A model generated the notes under the pieces. The model was not told the origin of the DNA and did not search any database. It worked only from the letters and a program-made list of their open reading frames with translations. Positions 1-12,000 of a stretch of DNA of 64,000 nucleotides are shown in pieces. Location: assembly GCA_000004985.1 (NCBI GenBank), contig GG738845.1; one strand, written 5' to 3'. Positions within the stretch are counted from its first letter, which is position 1, and every line of letters begins with the position of its first letter. The translations under genes and the position numbers were made by a program. This DNA comes from Naegleria gruberi (taxonomy: Eukaryota).

Positions 1-3000
1 NNNNNNNNNNNNNNNNNNNNNNNNNNNNNNNNNNNNNNNNNNNNNNNNNNNNNNNNNNNNNNNNNNNNNNNNNNNNNNNNNNNNNNNNNNNNNNNNNNNN
101 NNNNNNNNNNNNNNNNNNNNNNNNNNNNNNNNNNNNNNNNNNNNNNNNNNNNNNNNNNNNNNNNNNNNNNNNNNNNNNNNNNNNNNNNNNNNNNNNNNNN
201 NNNNNNNNNNNNNNNNNNNNNNNNNNNNNNNNNNNNNNNNNNNNNNNNNNNNNNNNNNNNNNNNNNNNNNNNNNNNNNNNNNNNNNNNNNNNNNNNNNNN
301 NNNNNNNNNNNNNNNNNNNNNNNNNNNNNNNNNNNNNNNNNNNNNNNNNNNNNNNNNNNNNNNNNNNNNNNNNNNNNNNNNNNNNNNNNNNNNNNNNNNN
401 NNNNNNNNNNNNNNNNNNNNNNNNNNNNNNNNNNNNNNNNNNNNNNNNNNNNNNNNNNNNNNNNNNNNNNNNNNNNNNNNNNNNNNNNNNNNNNNNNNNN
501 NNNNNNNNNNNNNNNNNNNNNNNNNNNNNNNNNNNNNNNNNNNNNNNNNNNNNNNNNNNNNNNNNNNNNNNNNNNNNNNNNNNNNNNNNNNNNNNNNNNN
601 NNNNNNNNNNNNNNNNNNNNNNNNNNNNNNNNNNNNNNNNNNNNNNNNNNNNNNNNNNNNNNNNNNNNNNNNNNNNNNNNNNNNNNNNNNNNNNNNNNNN
701 NNNNNNNNNNNNNNNNNNNNNNNNNNNNNNNNNNNNNNNNNNNNNNNNNNNNNNNNNNNNNNNNNNNNNNNNNNNNNNNNNNNNNNNNNNNNNNNNNNNN
801 NNNNNNNNNNNNNNNNNNNNNNNNNNNNNNNNNNNNNNNNNNNNNNNNNNNNNNNNNNNNNNNNNNNNNNNNNNNNNNNNNNNNNNNNNNNNNNNNNNNN
901 NNNNNNNNNNNNNNNNNNNNNNNNNNNNNNNNNNNNNNNNNNNNNNNNNNNNNNNNNNNNNNNNNNNNNNNNNNNNNNNNNNNNNNNNNNNNNNNNNNNN
1001 NNNNNNNNNNNNNNNNNNNNNNNNNNNNNNNNNNNNNNNNNNNNNNNNNNNNNNNNNNNNNNNNNNNNNNNNNNNNNNNNNNNNNNNNNNNNNNNNNNNN
1101 NNNNNNNNNNNNNNNNNNNNNNNNNNNNNNNNNNNNNNNNNNNNNNNNNNNNNNNNNNNNNNNNNNNNNNNNNNNNNNNNNNNNNNNNNNNNNNNNNNNN
1201 NNNNNNNNNNNNNNNNNNNNNNNNNNNNNNNNNNNNNNNNNNNNNNNNNNNNNNNNNNNNNNNNNNNNNNNNNNNNNNNNNNNNNNNNNNNNNNNNNNNN
1301 NNNNNNNNNNNNNNNNNNNNNNNNNNNNNNNNNNNNNNNNNNNNNNNNNNNNNNNNNNNNNNNNNNNNNNNNNNNNNNNNNNNNNNNNNNNNNNNNNNNN
1401 NNNNNNNNNNNNNNNNNNNNNNNNNNNNNNNNNNNNNNNNNNNNNNNNNNNNNNNNNNNNNNNNNNNNNNNNNNNNNNNNNNNNNNNNNNNNNNNNNNNN
1501 NNNNNNNNNNNNNNNNNNNNNNNNNNNNNNNNNNNNNNNNNNNNNNNNNNNNNNNNNNNNNNNNNNNNNNNNNNNNNNNNNNNNNNNNNNNNNNNNNNNN
1601 NNNNNNNNNNNNNNNNNNNNNNNNNNNNNNNNNNNNNNNNNNNNNNNNNNNNNNNNNNNNNNNNNNNNNNNNNNNNNNNNNNNNNNNNNNNNNNNNNNNN
1701 NNNNNNNNNNNNNNNNNNNNNNNNNNNNNNNNNNNNNNNNNNNNNNNNNNNNNNNNNNNNNNNNNNNNNNNNNNNNNNNNNNNNNNNNNNNNNNNNNNNN
1801 NNNNNNNNNNNNNNNNNNNNNNNNNNNNNNNNNNNNNNNNNNNNNNNNNNNNNNNNNNNNNNNNNNNNNNNNNNNNNNNNNNNNNNNNNNNNNNNNNNNN
1901 NNNNNNNNNNNNNNNNNNNNNNNNNNNNNNNNNNNNNNNNNNNNNNNNNNNNNNNNNNNNNNNNNNNNNNNNNNNNNNNNNNNNNNNNNNNNNNNNNNNN
2001 NNNNNNNNNNNNNNNNNNNNNNNNNNNNNNNNNNNNNNNNNNNNNNNNNNNNNNNNNNNNNNNNNNNNNNNNNNNNNNNNNNNNNNNNNNNNNNNNNNNN
2101 NNNNNNNNNNNNNNNNNNNNNNNNNNNNNNNNNNNNNNNNNNNNNNNNNNNNNNNNNNNNNNNNNNNNNNNNNNNNNNNNNNNNNNNNNNNNNNNNNNNN
2201 NNNNNNNNNNNNNNNNNNNNNNNNNNNNNNNNNNNNNNNNNNNNNNNNNNNNNNNNNNNNNNNNNNNNNNNNNNNNNNNNNNNNNNNNNNNNNNNNNNNN
2301 NNNNNNNNNNNNNNNNNNNNNNNNNNNNNNNNNNNNNNNNNNNNNNNNNNNNNNNNNNNNNNNNNNNNNNNNNNNNNNNNNNNNNNNNNNNNNNNNNNNN
2401 NNNNNNNNNNNNNNNNNNNNNNNNNNNNNNNNNNNNNNNNNNNNNNNNNNNNNNNNNNNNNNNNNNNNNNNNNNNNNNNNNNNNNNNNNNNNNNNNNNNN
2501 NNNNNNNNNNNNNNNNNNNNNNNNNNNNNNNNNNNNNNNNNNNNNNNNNNNNNNNNNNNNNNNNNNNNNNNNNNNNNNNNNNNNNNNNNNNNNNNNNNNN
2601 NNNNNNNNNNNNNNNNNNNNNNNNNNNNNNNNNNNNNNNNNNNNNNNNNNNNNNNNNNNNNNNNNNNNNNNNNNNNNNNNNNNNNNNNNNNNNNNNNNNN
2701 NNNNNNNNNNNNNNNNNNNNNNNNNNNNNNNNNNNNNNNNNNNNNNNNNNNNNNNNNNNNNNNNNNNNNNNNNNNNNNNNNNNNNNNNNNNNNNNNNNNN
2801 NNNNNNNNNNNNNNNNNNNNNNNNNNNNNNNNNNNNNNNNNNNNNNNNNNNNNNNNNNNNNNNNNNNNNNNNNNNNNNNNNNNNNNNNNNNNNNNNNNNN
2901 NNNNNNNNNNNNNNNNNNNNNNNNNNNNNNNNNNNNNNNNNNNNNNNNNNNNNNNNNNNNNNNNNNNNNNNNNNNNNNNNNNNNNNNNNNNNNNNNNNNN

Positions 3001-6000
3001 NNNNNNNNNNNNNNNNNNNNNNNNNNNNNNNNNNNNNNNNNNNNNNNNNNNNNNNNNNNNNNNNNNNNNNNNNNNNNNNNNNNNNNNNNNNNNNNNNNNN
3101 NNNNNNNNNNNNNNNNNNNNNNNNNNNNNNNNNNNNNNNNNNNNNNNNNNNNNNNNNNNNNNNNNNNNNNNNNNNNNNNNNNNNNNNNNNNNNNNNNNNN
3201 NNNNNNNNNNNNNNNNNNNNNNNNNNNNNNNNNNNNNNNNNNNNNNNNNNNNNNNNNNNNNNNNNNNNNNNNNNNNNNNNNNNNNNNNNNNNNNNNNNNN
3301 NNNNNNNNNNNNNNNNNNNNNNNNNNNNNNNNNNNNNNNNNNNNNNNNNNNNNNNNNNNNNNNNNNNNNNNNNNNNNNNNNNNNNNNNNNNNNNNNNNNN
3401 NNNNNNNNNNNNNNNNNNNNNNNNNNNNNNNNNNNNNNNNNNNNNNNNNNNNNNNNNNNNNNNNNNNNNNNNNNNNNNNNNNNNNNNNNNNNNNNNNNNN
3501 NNNNNNNNNNNNNNNNNNNNNNNNNNNNNNNNNNNNNNNNNNNNNNNNNNNNNNNNNNNNNNNNNNNNNNNNNNNNNNNNNNNNNNNNNNNNNNNNNNNN
3601 NNNNNNNNNNNNNNNNNNNNNNNNNNNNNNNNNNNNNNNNNNNNNNNNNNNNNNNNNNNNNNNNNNNNNNNNNNNNNNNNNNNNNNNNNNNNNNNNNNNN
3701 NNNNNNNNNNNNNNNNNNNNNNNNNNNNNNNNNNNNNNNNNNNNNNNNNNNNNNNNNNNNNNNNNNNNNNNNNNNNNNNNNNNNNNNNNNNNNNNNNNNN
3801 NNNNNNNNNNNNNNNNNNNNNNNNNNNNNNNNNNNNNNNNNNNNNNNNNNNNNNNNNNNNNNNNNNNNNNNNNNNNNNNNNNNNNNNNNNNNNNNNNNNN
3901 NNNNNNNNNNNNNNNNNNNNNNNNNNNNNNNNNNNNNNNNNNNNNNNNNNNNNNNNNNNNNNNNNNNNNNNNNNNNNNNNNNNNNNNNNNNNNNNNNNNN
4001 NNNNNNNNNNNNNNNNNNNNNNNNNNNNNNNNNNNNNNNNNNNNNNNNNNNNNNNNNNNNNNNNNNNNNNNNNNNNNNNNNNNNNNNNNNNNNNNNNNNN
4101 NNNNNNNNNNNNNNNNNNNNNNNNNNNNNNNNNNNNNNNNNNNNNNNNNNNNNNNNNNNNNNNNNNNNNNNNNNNNNNNNNNNNNNNNNNNNNNNNNNNN
4201 NNNNNNNNNNNNNNNNNNNNNNNNNNNNNNNNNNNNNNNNNNNNNNNNNNNNNNNNNNNNNNNNNNNNNNNNNNNNNNNNNNNNNNNNNNNNNNNNNNNN
4301 NNNNNNNNNNNNNNNNNNNNNNNNNNNNNNNNNNNNNNNNNNNNNNNNNNNNNNNNNNNNNNNNNNNNNNNNNNNNNNNNNNNNNNNNNNNNNNNNNNNN
4401 NNNNNNNNNNNNNNNNNNNNNNNNNNNNNNNNNNNNNNNNNNNNNNNNNNNNNNNNNNNNNNNNNNNNNNNNNNNNNNNNNNNNNNNNNNNNNNNNNNNN
4501 NNNNNNNNNNNNNNNNNNNNNNNNNNNNNNNNNNNNNNNNNNNNNNNNNNNNNNNNNNNNNNNNNNNNNNNNNNNNNNNNNNNNNNNNNNNNNNNNNNNN
4601 NNNNNNNNNNNNNNNNNNNNNNNNNNNNNNNNNNNNNNNNNNNNNNNNNNNNNNNNNNNNNNNNNNNNNNNNNNNNNNNNNNNNNNNNNNNNNNNNNNNN
4701 NNNNNNNNNNNNNNNNNNNNNNNNNNNNNNNNNNNNNNNNNNNNNNNNNNNNNNNNNNNNNNNNNNNNNNNNNNNNNNNNNNNNNNNNNNNNNNNNNNNN
4801 NNNNNNNNNNNNNNNNNNNNNNNNNNNNNNNNNNNNNNNNNNNNNNNNNNNNNNNNNNNNNNNNNNNNNNNNNNNNNNNNNNNNNNNNNNNNNNNNNNNN
4901 NNNNNNNNNNNNNNNNNNNNNNNNNNNNNNNNNNNNNNNNNNNNNNNNNNNNNNNNNNNNNNNNNNNNNNNNNNNNNNNNNNNNNNNNNNNNNNNNNNNN
5001 NNNNNNNNNNNNNNNNNNNNNNNNNNNNNNNNNNNNNNNNNNNNNNNNNNNNNNNNNNNNNNNNNNNNNNNNNNNNNNNNNNNNNNNNNNNNNNNNNNNN
5101 NNNNNNNNNNNNNNNNNNNNNNNNNNNNNNNNNNNNNNNNNNNNNNNNNNNNNNNNNNNNNNNNNNNNNNNNNNNNNNNNNNNNNNNNNNNNNNNNNNNN
5201 NNNNNNNNNNNNNNNNNNNNNNNNNNNNNNNNNNNNNNNNNNNNNNNNNNNNNNNNNNNNNNNNNNNNNNNNNNNNNNNNNNNNNNNNNNNNNNNNNNNN
5301 NNNNNNNNNNNNNNNNNNNNNNNNNNNNNNNNNNNNNNNNNNNNNNNNNNNNNNNNNNNNNNNNNNNNNNNNNNNNNNNNNNNNNNNNNNNNNNNNNNNN
5401 NNNNNNNNNNNNNNNNNNNNNNNNNNNNNNNNNNNNNNNNNNNNNNNNNNNNNNNNNNNNNNNNNNNNNNNNNNNNNNNNNNNNNNNNNNNNNNNNNNNN
5501 NNNNNNNNNNNNNNNNNNNNNNNNNNNNNNNNNNNNNNNNNNNNNNNNNNNNNNNNNNNNNNNNNNNNNNNNNNNNNNNNNNNNNNNNNNNNNNNNNNNN
5601 NNNNNNNNNNNNNNNNNNNNNNNNNNNNNNNNNNNNNNNNNNNNNNNNNNNNNNNNNNNNNNNNNNNNNNNNNNNNNNNNNNNNNNNNNNNNNNNNNNNN
5701 NNNNNNNNNNNNNNNNNNNNNNNNNNNNNNNNNNNNNNNNNNNNNNNNNNNNNNNNNNNNNNNNNNNNNNNNNNNNNNNNNNNNNNNNNNNNNNNNNNNN
5801 NNNNNNNNNNNNNNNNNNNNNNNNNNNNNNNNNNNNNNNNNNNNNNNNNNNNNNNNNNNNNNNNNNNNNNNNNNNNNNNNNNNNNNNNNNNNNNNNNNNN
5901 NNNNNNNNNNNNNNNNNNNNNNNNNNNNNNNNNNNNNNNNNNNNNNNNNNNNNNNNNNNNNNNNNNNNNNNNNNNNNNNNNNNNNNNNNNNNNNNNNNNN

Positions 6001-9000
6001 NNNNNNNNNNNNNNNNNNNNNNNNNNNNNNNNNNNNNNNNNNNNNNNNNNNNNNNNNNNNNNNNNNNNNNNNNNNNNNNNNNNNNNNNNNNNNNNNNNNN
6101 NNNNNNNNNNNNNNNNNNNNNNNNNNNNNNNNNNNNNNNNNNNNNNNNNNNNNNNNNNNNNNNNNNNNNNNNNNNNNNNNNNNNNNNNNNNNNNNNNNNN
6201 NNNNNNNNNNNNNNNNNNNNNNNNNNNNNNNNNNNNNNNNNNNNNNNNNNNNNNNNNNNNNNNNNNNNNNNNNNNNNNNNNNNNNNNNNNNNNNNNNNNN
6301 NNNNNNNNNNNNNNNNNNNNNNNNNNNNNNNNNNNNNNNNNNNNNNNNNNNNNNNNNNNNNNNNNNNNNNNNNNNNNNNNNNNNNNNNNNNNNNNNNNNN
6401 NNNNNNNNNNNNNNNNNNNNNNNNNNNNNNNNNNNNNNNNNNNNNNNNNNNNNNNNNNNNNNNNNNNNNNNNNNNNNNNNNNNNNNNNNNNNNNNNNNNN
6501 NNNNNNNNNNNNNNNNNNNNNNNNNNNNNNNNNNNNNNNNNNNNNNNNNNNNNNNNNNNNNNNNNNNNNNNNNNNNNNNNNNNNNNNNNNNNNNNNNNNN
6601 NNNNNNNNNNNNNNNNNNNNNNNNNNNNNNNNNNNNNNNNNNNNNNNNNNNNNNNNNNNNNNNNNNNNNNNNNNNNNNNNNNNNNNNNNNNNNNNNNNNN
6701 NNNNNNNNNNNNNNNNNNNNNNNNNNNNNNNNNNNNNNNNNNNNNNNNNNNNNNNNNNNNNNNNNNNNNNNNNNNNNNNNNNNNNNNNNNNNNNNNNNNN
6801 NNNNNNNNNNNNNNNNNNNNNNNNNNNNNNNNNNNNNNNNNNNNNNNNNNNNNNNNNNNNNNNNNNNNNNNNNNNNNNNNNNNNNNNNNNNNNNNNNNNN
6901 NNNNNNNNNNNNNNNNNNNNNNNNNNNNNNNNNNNNNNNNNNNNNNNNNNNNNNNNNNNNNNNNNNNNNNNNNNNNNNNNNNNNNNNNNNNNNNNNNNNN
7001 NNNNNNNNNNNNNNNNNNNNNNNNNNNNNNNNNNNNNNNNNNNNNNNNNNNNNNNNNNNNNNNNNNNNNNNNNNNNNNNNNNNNNNNNNNNNNNNNNNNN
7101 NNNNNNNNNNNNNNNNNNNNNNNNNNNNNNNNNNNNNNNNNNNNNNNNNNNNNNNNNNNNNNNNNNNNNNNNNNNNNNNNNNNNNNNNNNNNNNNNNNNN
7201 NNNNNNNNNNNNNNNNNNNNNNNNNNNNNNNNNNNNNNNNNNNNNNNNNNNNNNNNNNNNNNNNNNNNNNNNNNNNNNNNNNNNNNNNNNNNNNNNNNNN
7301 NNNNNNNNNNNNNNNNNNNNNNNNNNNNNNNNNNNNNNNNNNNNNNNNNNNNNNNNNNNNNNNNNNNNNNNNNNNNNNNNNNNNNNNNNNNNNNNNNNNN
7401 NNNNNNNNNNNNNNNNNNNNNNNNNNNNNNNNNNNNNNNNNNNNNNNNNNNNNNNNNNNNNNNNNNNNNNNNNNNNNNNNNNNNNNNNNNNNNNNNNNNN
7501 NNNNNNNNNNNNNNNNNNNNNNNNNNNNNNNNNNNNNNNNNNNNNNNNNNNNNNNNNNNNNNNNNNNNNNNNNNNNNNNNNNNNNNNNNNNNNNNNNNNN
7601 NNNNNNNNNNNNNNNNNNNNNNNNNNNNNNNNNNNNNNNNNNNNNNNNNNNNNNNNNNNNNNNNNNNNNNNNNNNNNNNNNNNNNNNNNNNNNNNNNNNN
7701 NNNNNNNNNNNNNNNNNNNNNNNNNNNNNNNNNNNNNNNNNNNNNNNNNNNNNNNNNNNNNNNNNNNNNNNNNNNNNNNNNNNNNNNNNNNNNNNNNNNN
7801 NNNNNNNNNNNNNNNNNNNNNNNNNNNNNNNNNNNNNNNNNNNNNNNNNNNNNNNNNNNNNNNNNNNNNNNNNNNNNNNNNNNNNNNNNNNNNNNNNNNN
7901 NNNNNNNNNNNNNNNNNNNNNNNNNNNNNNNNNNNNNNNNNNNNNNNNNNNNNNNNNNNNNNNNNNNNNNNNNNNNNNNNNNNNNNNNNNNNNNNNNNNN
8001 NNNNNNNNNNNNNNNNNNNNNNNNNNNNNNNNNNNNNNNNNNNNNNNNNNNNNNNNNNNNNNNNNNNNNNNNNNNNNNNNNNNNNNNNNNNNNNNNNNNN
8101 NNNNNNNNNNNNNNNNNNNNNNNNNNNNNNNNNNNNNNNNNNNNNNNNNNNNNNNNNNNNNNNNNNNNNNNNNNNNNNNNNNNNNNNNNNNNNNNNNNNN
8201 NNNNNNNNNNNNNNNNNNNNNNNNNNNNNNNNNNNNNNNNNNNNNNNNNNNNNNNNNNNNNNNNNNNNNNNNNNNNNNNNNNNNNNNNNNNNNNNNNNNN
8301 NNNNNNNNNNNNNNNNNNNNNNNNNNNNNNNNNNNNNNNNNNNNNNNNNNNNNNNNNNNNNNNNNNNNNNNNNNNNNNNNNNNNNNNNNNNNNNNNNNNN
8401 NNNNNNNNNNNNNNNNNNNNNNNNNNNNNNNNNNNNNNNNNNNNNNNNNNNNNNNNNNNNNNNNNNNNNNNNNNNNNNNNNNNNNNNNNNNNNNNNNNNN
8501 NNNNNNNNNNNNNNNNNNNNNNNNNNNNNNNNNNNNNNNNNNNNNNNNNNNNNNNNNNNNNNNNNNNNNNNNNNNNNNNNNNNNNNNNNNNNNNNNNNNN
8601 NNNNNNNNNNNNNNNNNNNNNNNNNNNNNNNNNNNNNNNNNNNNNNNNNNNNNNNNNNNNNNNNNNNNNNNNNNNNNNNNNNNNNNNNNNNNNNNNNNNN
8701 NNNNNNNNNNNNNNNNNNNNNNNNNNNNNNNNNNNNNNNNNNNNNNNNNNNNNNNNNNNNNNNNNNNNNNNNNNNNNNNNNNNNNNNNNNNNNNNNNNNN
8801 NNNNNNNNNNNNNNNNNNNNNNNNNNNNNNNNNNNNNNNNNNNNNNNNNNNNNNNNNNNNNNNNNNNNNNNNNNNNNNNNNNNNNNNNNNNNNNNNNNNN
8901 NNNNNNNNNNNNNNNNNNNNNNNNNNNNNNNNNNNNNNNNNNNNNNNNNNNNNNNNNNNNNNNNNNNNNNNNNNNNNNNNNNNNNNNNNNNNNNNNNNNN

Positions 9001-12000
9001 NNNNNNNNNNNNNNNNNNNNNNNNNNNNNNNNNNNNNNNNNNNNNNNNNNNNNNNNNNNNNNNNNNNNNNNNNNNNNNNNNNNNNNNNNNNNNNNNNNNN
9101 NNNNNNNNNNNNNNNNNNNNNNNNNNNNNNNNNNNNNNNNNNNNNNNNNNNNNNNNNNNNNNNNNNNNNNNNNNNNNNNNNNNNNNNNNNNNNNNNNNNN
9201 NNNNNNNNNNNNNNNNNNNNNNNNNNNNNNNNNNNNNNNNNNNNNNNNNNNNNNNNNNNNNNNNNNNNNNNNNNNNNNNNNNNNNNNNNNNNNNNNNNNN
9301 NNNNNNNNNNNNNNNNNNNNNNNNNNNNNNNNNNNNNNNNNNNNNNNNNNNNNNNNNNNNNNNNNNNNNNNNNNNNNNNNNNNNNNNNNNNNNNNNNNNN
9401 NNNNNNNNNNNNNNNNNNNNNNNNNNNNNNNNNNNNNNNNNNNNNNNNNNNNNNNNNNNNNNNNNNNNNNNNNNNNNNNNNNNNNNNNNNNNNNNNNNNN
9501 NNNNNNNNNNNNNNNNNNNNNNNNNNNNNNNNNNNNNNNNNNNNNNNNNNNNNNNNNNNNNNNNNNNNNNNNNNNNNNNNNNNNNNNNNNNNNNNNNNNN
9601 NNNNNNNNNNNNNNNNNNNNNNNNNNNNNNNNNNNNNNNNNNNNNNNNNNNNNNNNNNNNNNNNNNNNNNNNNNNNNNNNNNNNNNNNNNNNNNNNNNNN
9701 NNNNNNNNNNNNNNNNNNNNNNNNNNNNNNNNNNNNNNNNNNNNNNNNNNNNNNNNNNNNNNNNNNNNNNNNNNNNNNNNNNNNNNNNNNNNNNNNNNNN
9801 NNNNNNNNNNNNNNNNNNNNNNNNNNNNNNNNNNNNNNNNNNNNNNNNNNNNNNNNNNNNNNNNNNNNNNNNNNNNNNNNNNNNNNNNNNNNNNNNNNNN
9901 NNNNNNNNNNNNNNNNNNNNNNNNNNNNNNNNNNNNNNNNNNNNNNNNNNNNNNNNNNNNNNNNNNNNNNNNNNNNNNNNNNNNNNNNNNNNNNNNNNNN
10001 NNNNNNNNNNNNNNNNNNNNNNNNNNNNNNNNNNNNNNNNNNNNNNNNNNNNNNNNNNNNNNNNNNNNNNNNNNNNNNNNNNNNNNNNNNNNNNNNNNNN
10101 NNNNNNNNNNNNNNNNNNNNNNNNNNNNNNNNNNNNNNNNNNNNNNNNNNNNNNNNNNNNNNNNNNNNNNNNNNNNNNNNNNNNNNNNNNNNNNNNNNNN
10201 NNNNNNNNNNNNNNNNNNNNNNNNNNNNNNNNNNNNNNNNNNNNNNNNNNNNNNNNNNNNNNNNNNNNNNNNNNNNNNNNNNNNNNNNNNNNNNNNNNNN
10301 NNNNNNNNNNNNNNNNNNNNNNNNNNNNNNNNNNNNNNNNNNNNNNNNNNNNNNNNNNNNNNNNNNNNNNNNNNNNNNNNNNNNNNNNNNNNNNNNNNNN
10401 NNNNNNNNNNNNNNNNNNNNNNNNNNNNNNNNNNNNNNNNNNNNNNNNNNNNNNNNNNNNNNNNNNNNNNNNNNNNNNNNNNNNNNNNNNNNNNNNNNNN
10501 NNNNNNNNNNNNNNNNNNNNNNNNNNNNNNNNNNNNNNNNNNNNNNNNNNNNNNNNNNNNNNNNNNNNNNNNNNNNNNNNNNNNNNNNNNNNNNNNNNNN
10601 NNNNNNNNNNNNNNNNNNNNNNNNNNNNNNNNNNNNNNNNNNNNNNNNNNNNNNNNNNNNNNNNNNNNNNNNNNNNNNNNNNNNNNNNNNNNNNNNNNNN
10701 NNNNNNNNNNNNNNNNNNNNNNNNNNNNNNNNNNNNNNNNNNNNNNNNNNNNNNNNNNNNNNNNNNNNNNNNNNNNNNNNNNNNNNNNNNNNNNNNNNNN
10801 NNNNNNNNNNNNNNNNNNNNNNNNNNNNNNNNNNNNNNNNNNNNNNNNNNNNNNNNNNNNNNNNNNNNNNNNNNNNNNNNNNNNNNNNNNNNNNNNNNNN
10901 NNNNNNNNNNNNNNNNNNNNNNNNNNNNNNNNNNNNNNNNNNNNNNNNNNNNNNNNNNNNNNNNNNNNNNNNNNNNNNNNNNNNNNNNNNNNNNNNNNNN
11001 NNNNNNNNNNNNNNNNNNNNNNNNNNNNNNNNNNNNNNNNNNNNNNNNNNNNNNNNNNNNNNNNNNNNNNNNNNNNNNNNNNNNNNNNNNNNNNNNNNNN
11101 NNNNNNNNNNNNNNNNNNNNNNNNNNNNNNNNNNNNNNNNNNNNNNNNNNNNNNNNNNNNNNNNNNNNNNNNNNNNNNNNNNNNNNNNNNNNNNNNNNNN
11201 NNNNNNNNNNNNNNNNNNNNNNNNNNNNNNNNNNNNNNNNNNNNNNNNNNNNNNNNNNNNNNNNNNNNNNNNNNNNNNNNNNNNNNNNNNNNNNNNNNNN
11301 NNNNNNNNNNNNNNNNNNNNNNNNNNNNNNNNNNNNNNNNNNNNNNNNNNNNNNNNNNNNNNNNNNNNNNNNNNNNNNNNNNNNNNNNNNNNNNNNNNNN
11401 NNNNNNNNNNNNNNNNNNNNNNNNNNNNNNNNNNNNNNNNNNNNNNNNNNNNNNNNNNNNNNNNNNNNNNNNNNNNNNNNNNNNNNNNNNNNNNNNNNNN
11501 NNNNNNNNNNNNNNNNNNNNNNNNNNNNNNNNNNNNNNNNNNNNNNNNNNNNNNNNNNNNNNNNNNNNNNNNNNNNNNNNNNNNNNNNNNNNNNNNNNNN
11601 NNNNNNNNNNNNNNNNNNNNNNNNNNNNNNNNNNNNNNNNNNNNNNNNNNNNNNNNNNNNNNNNNNNNNNNNNNNNNNNNNNNNNNNNNNNNNNNNNNNN
11701 NNNNNNNNNNNNNNNNNNNNNNNNNNNNNNNNNNNNNNNNNNNNNNNNNNNNNNNNNNNNNNNNNNNNNNNNNNNNNNNNNNNNNNNNNNNNNNNNNNNN
11801 NNNNNNNNNNNNNNNNNNNNNNNNNNNNNNNNNNNNNNNNNNNNNNNNNNNNNNNNNNNNNNNNNNNNNNNNNNNNNNNNNNNNNNNNNNNNNNNNNNNN
11901 NNNNNNNNNNNNNNNNNNNNNNNNNNNNNNNNNNNNNNNNNNNNNNNNNNNNNNNNNNNNNNNNNNNNNNNNNNNNNNNNNNNNNNNNNNNNNNNNNNNN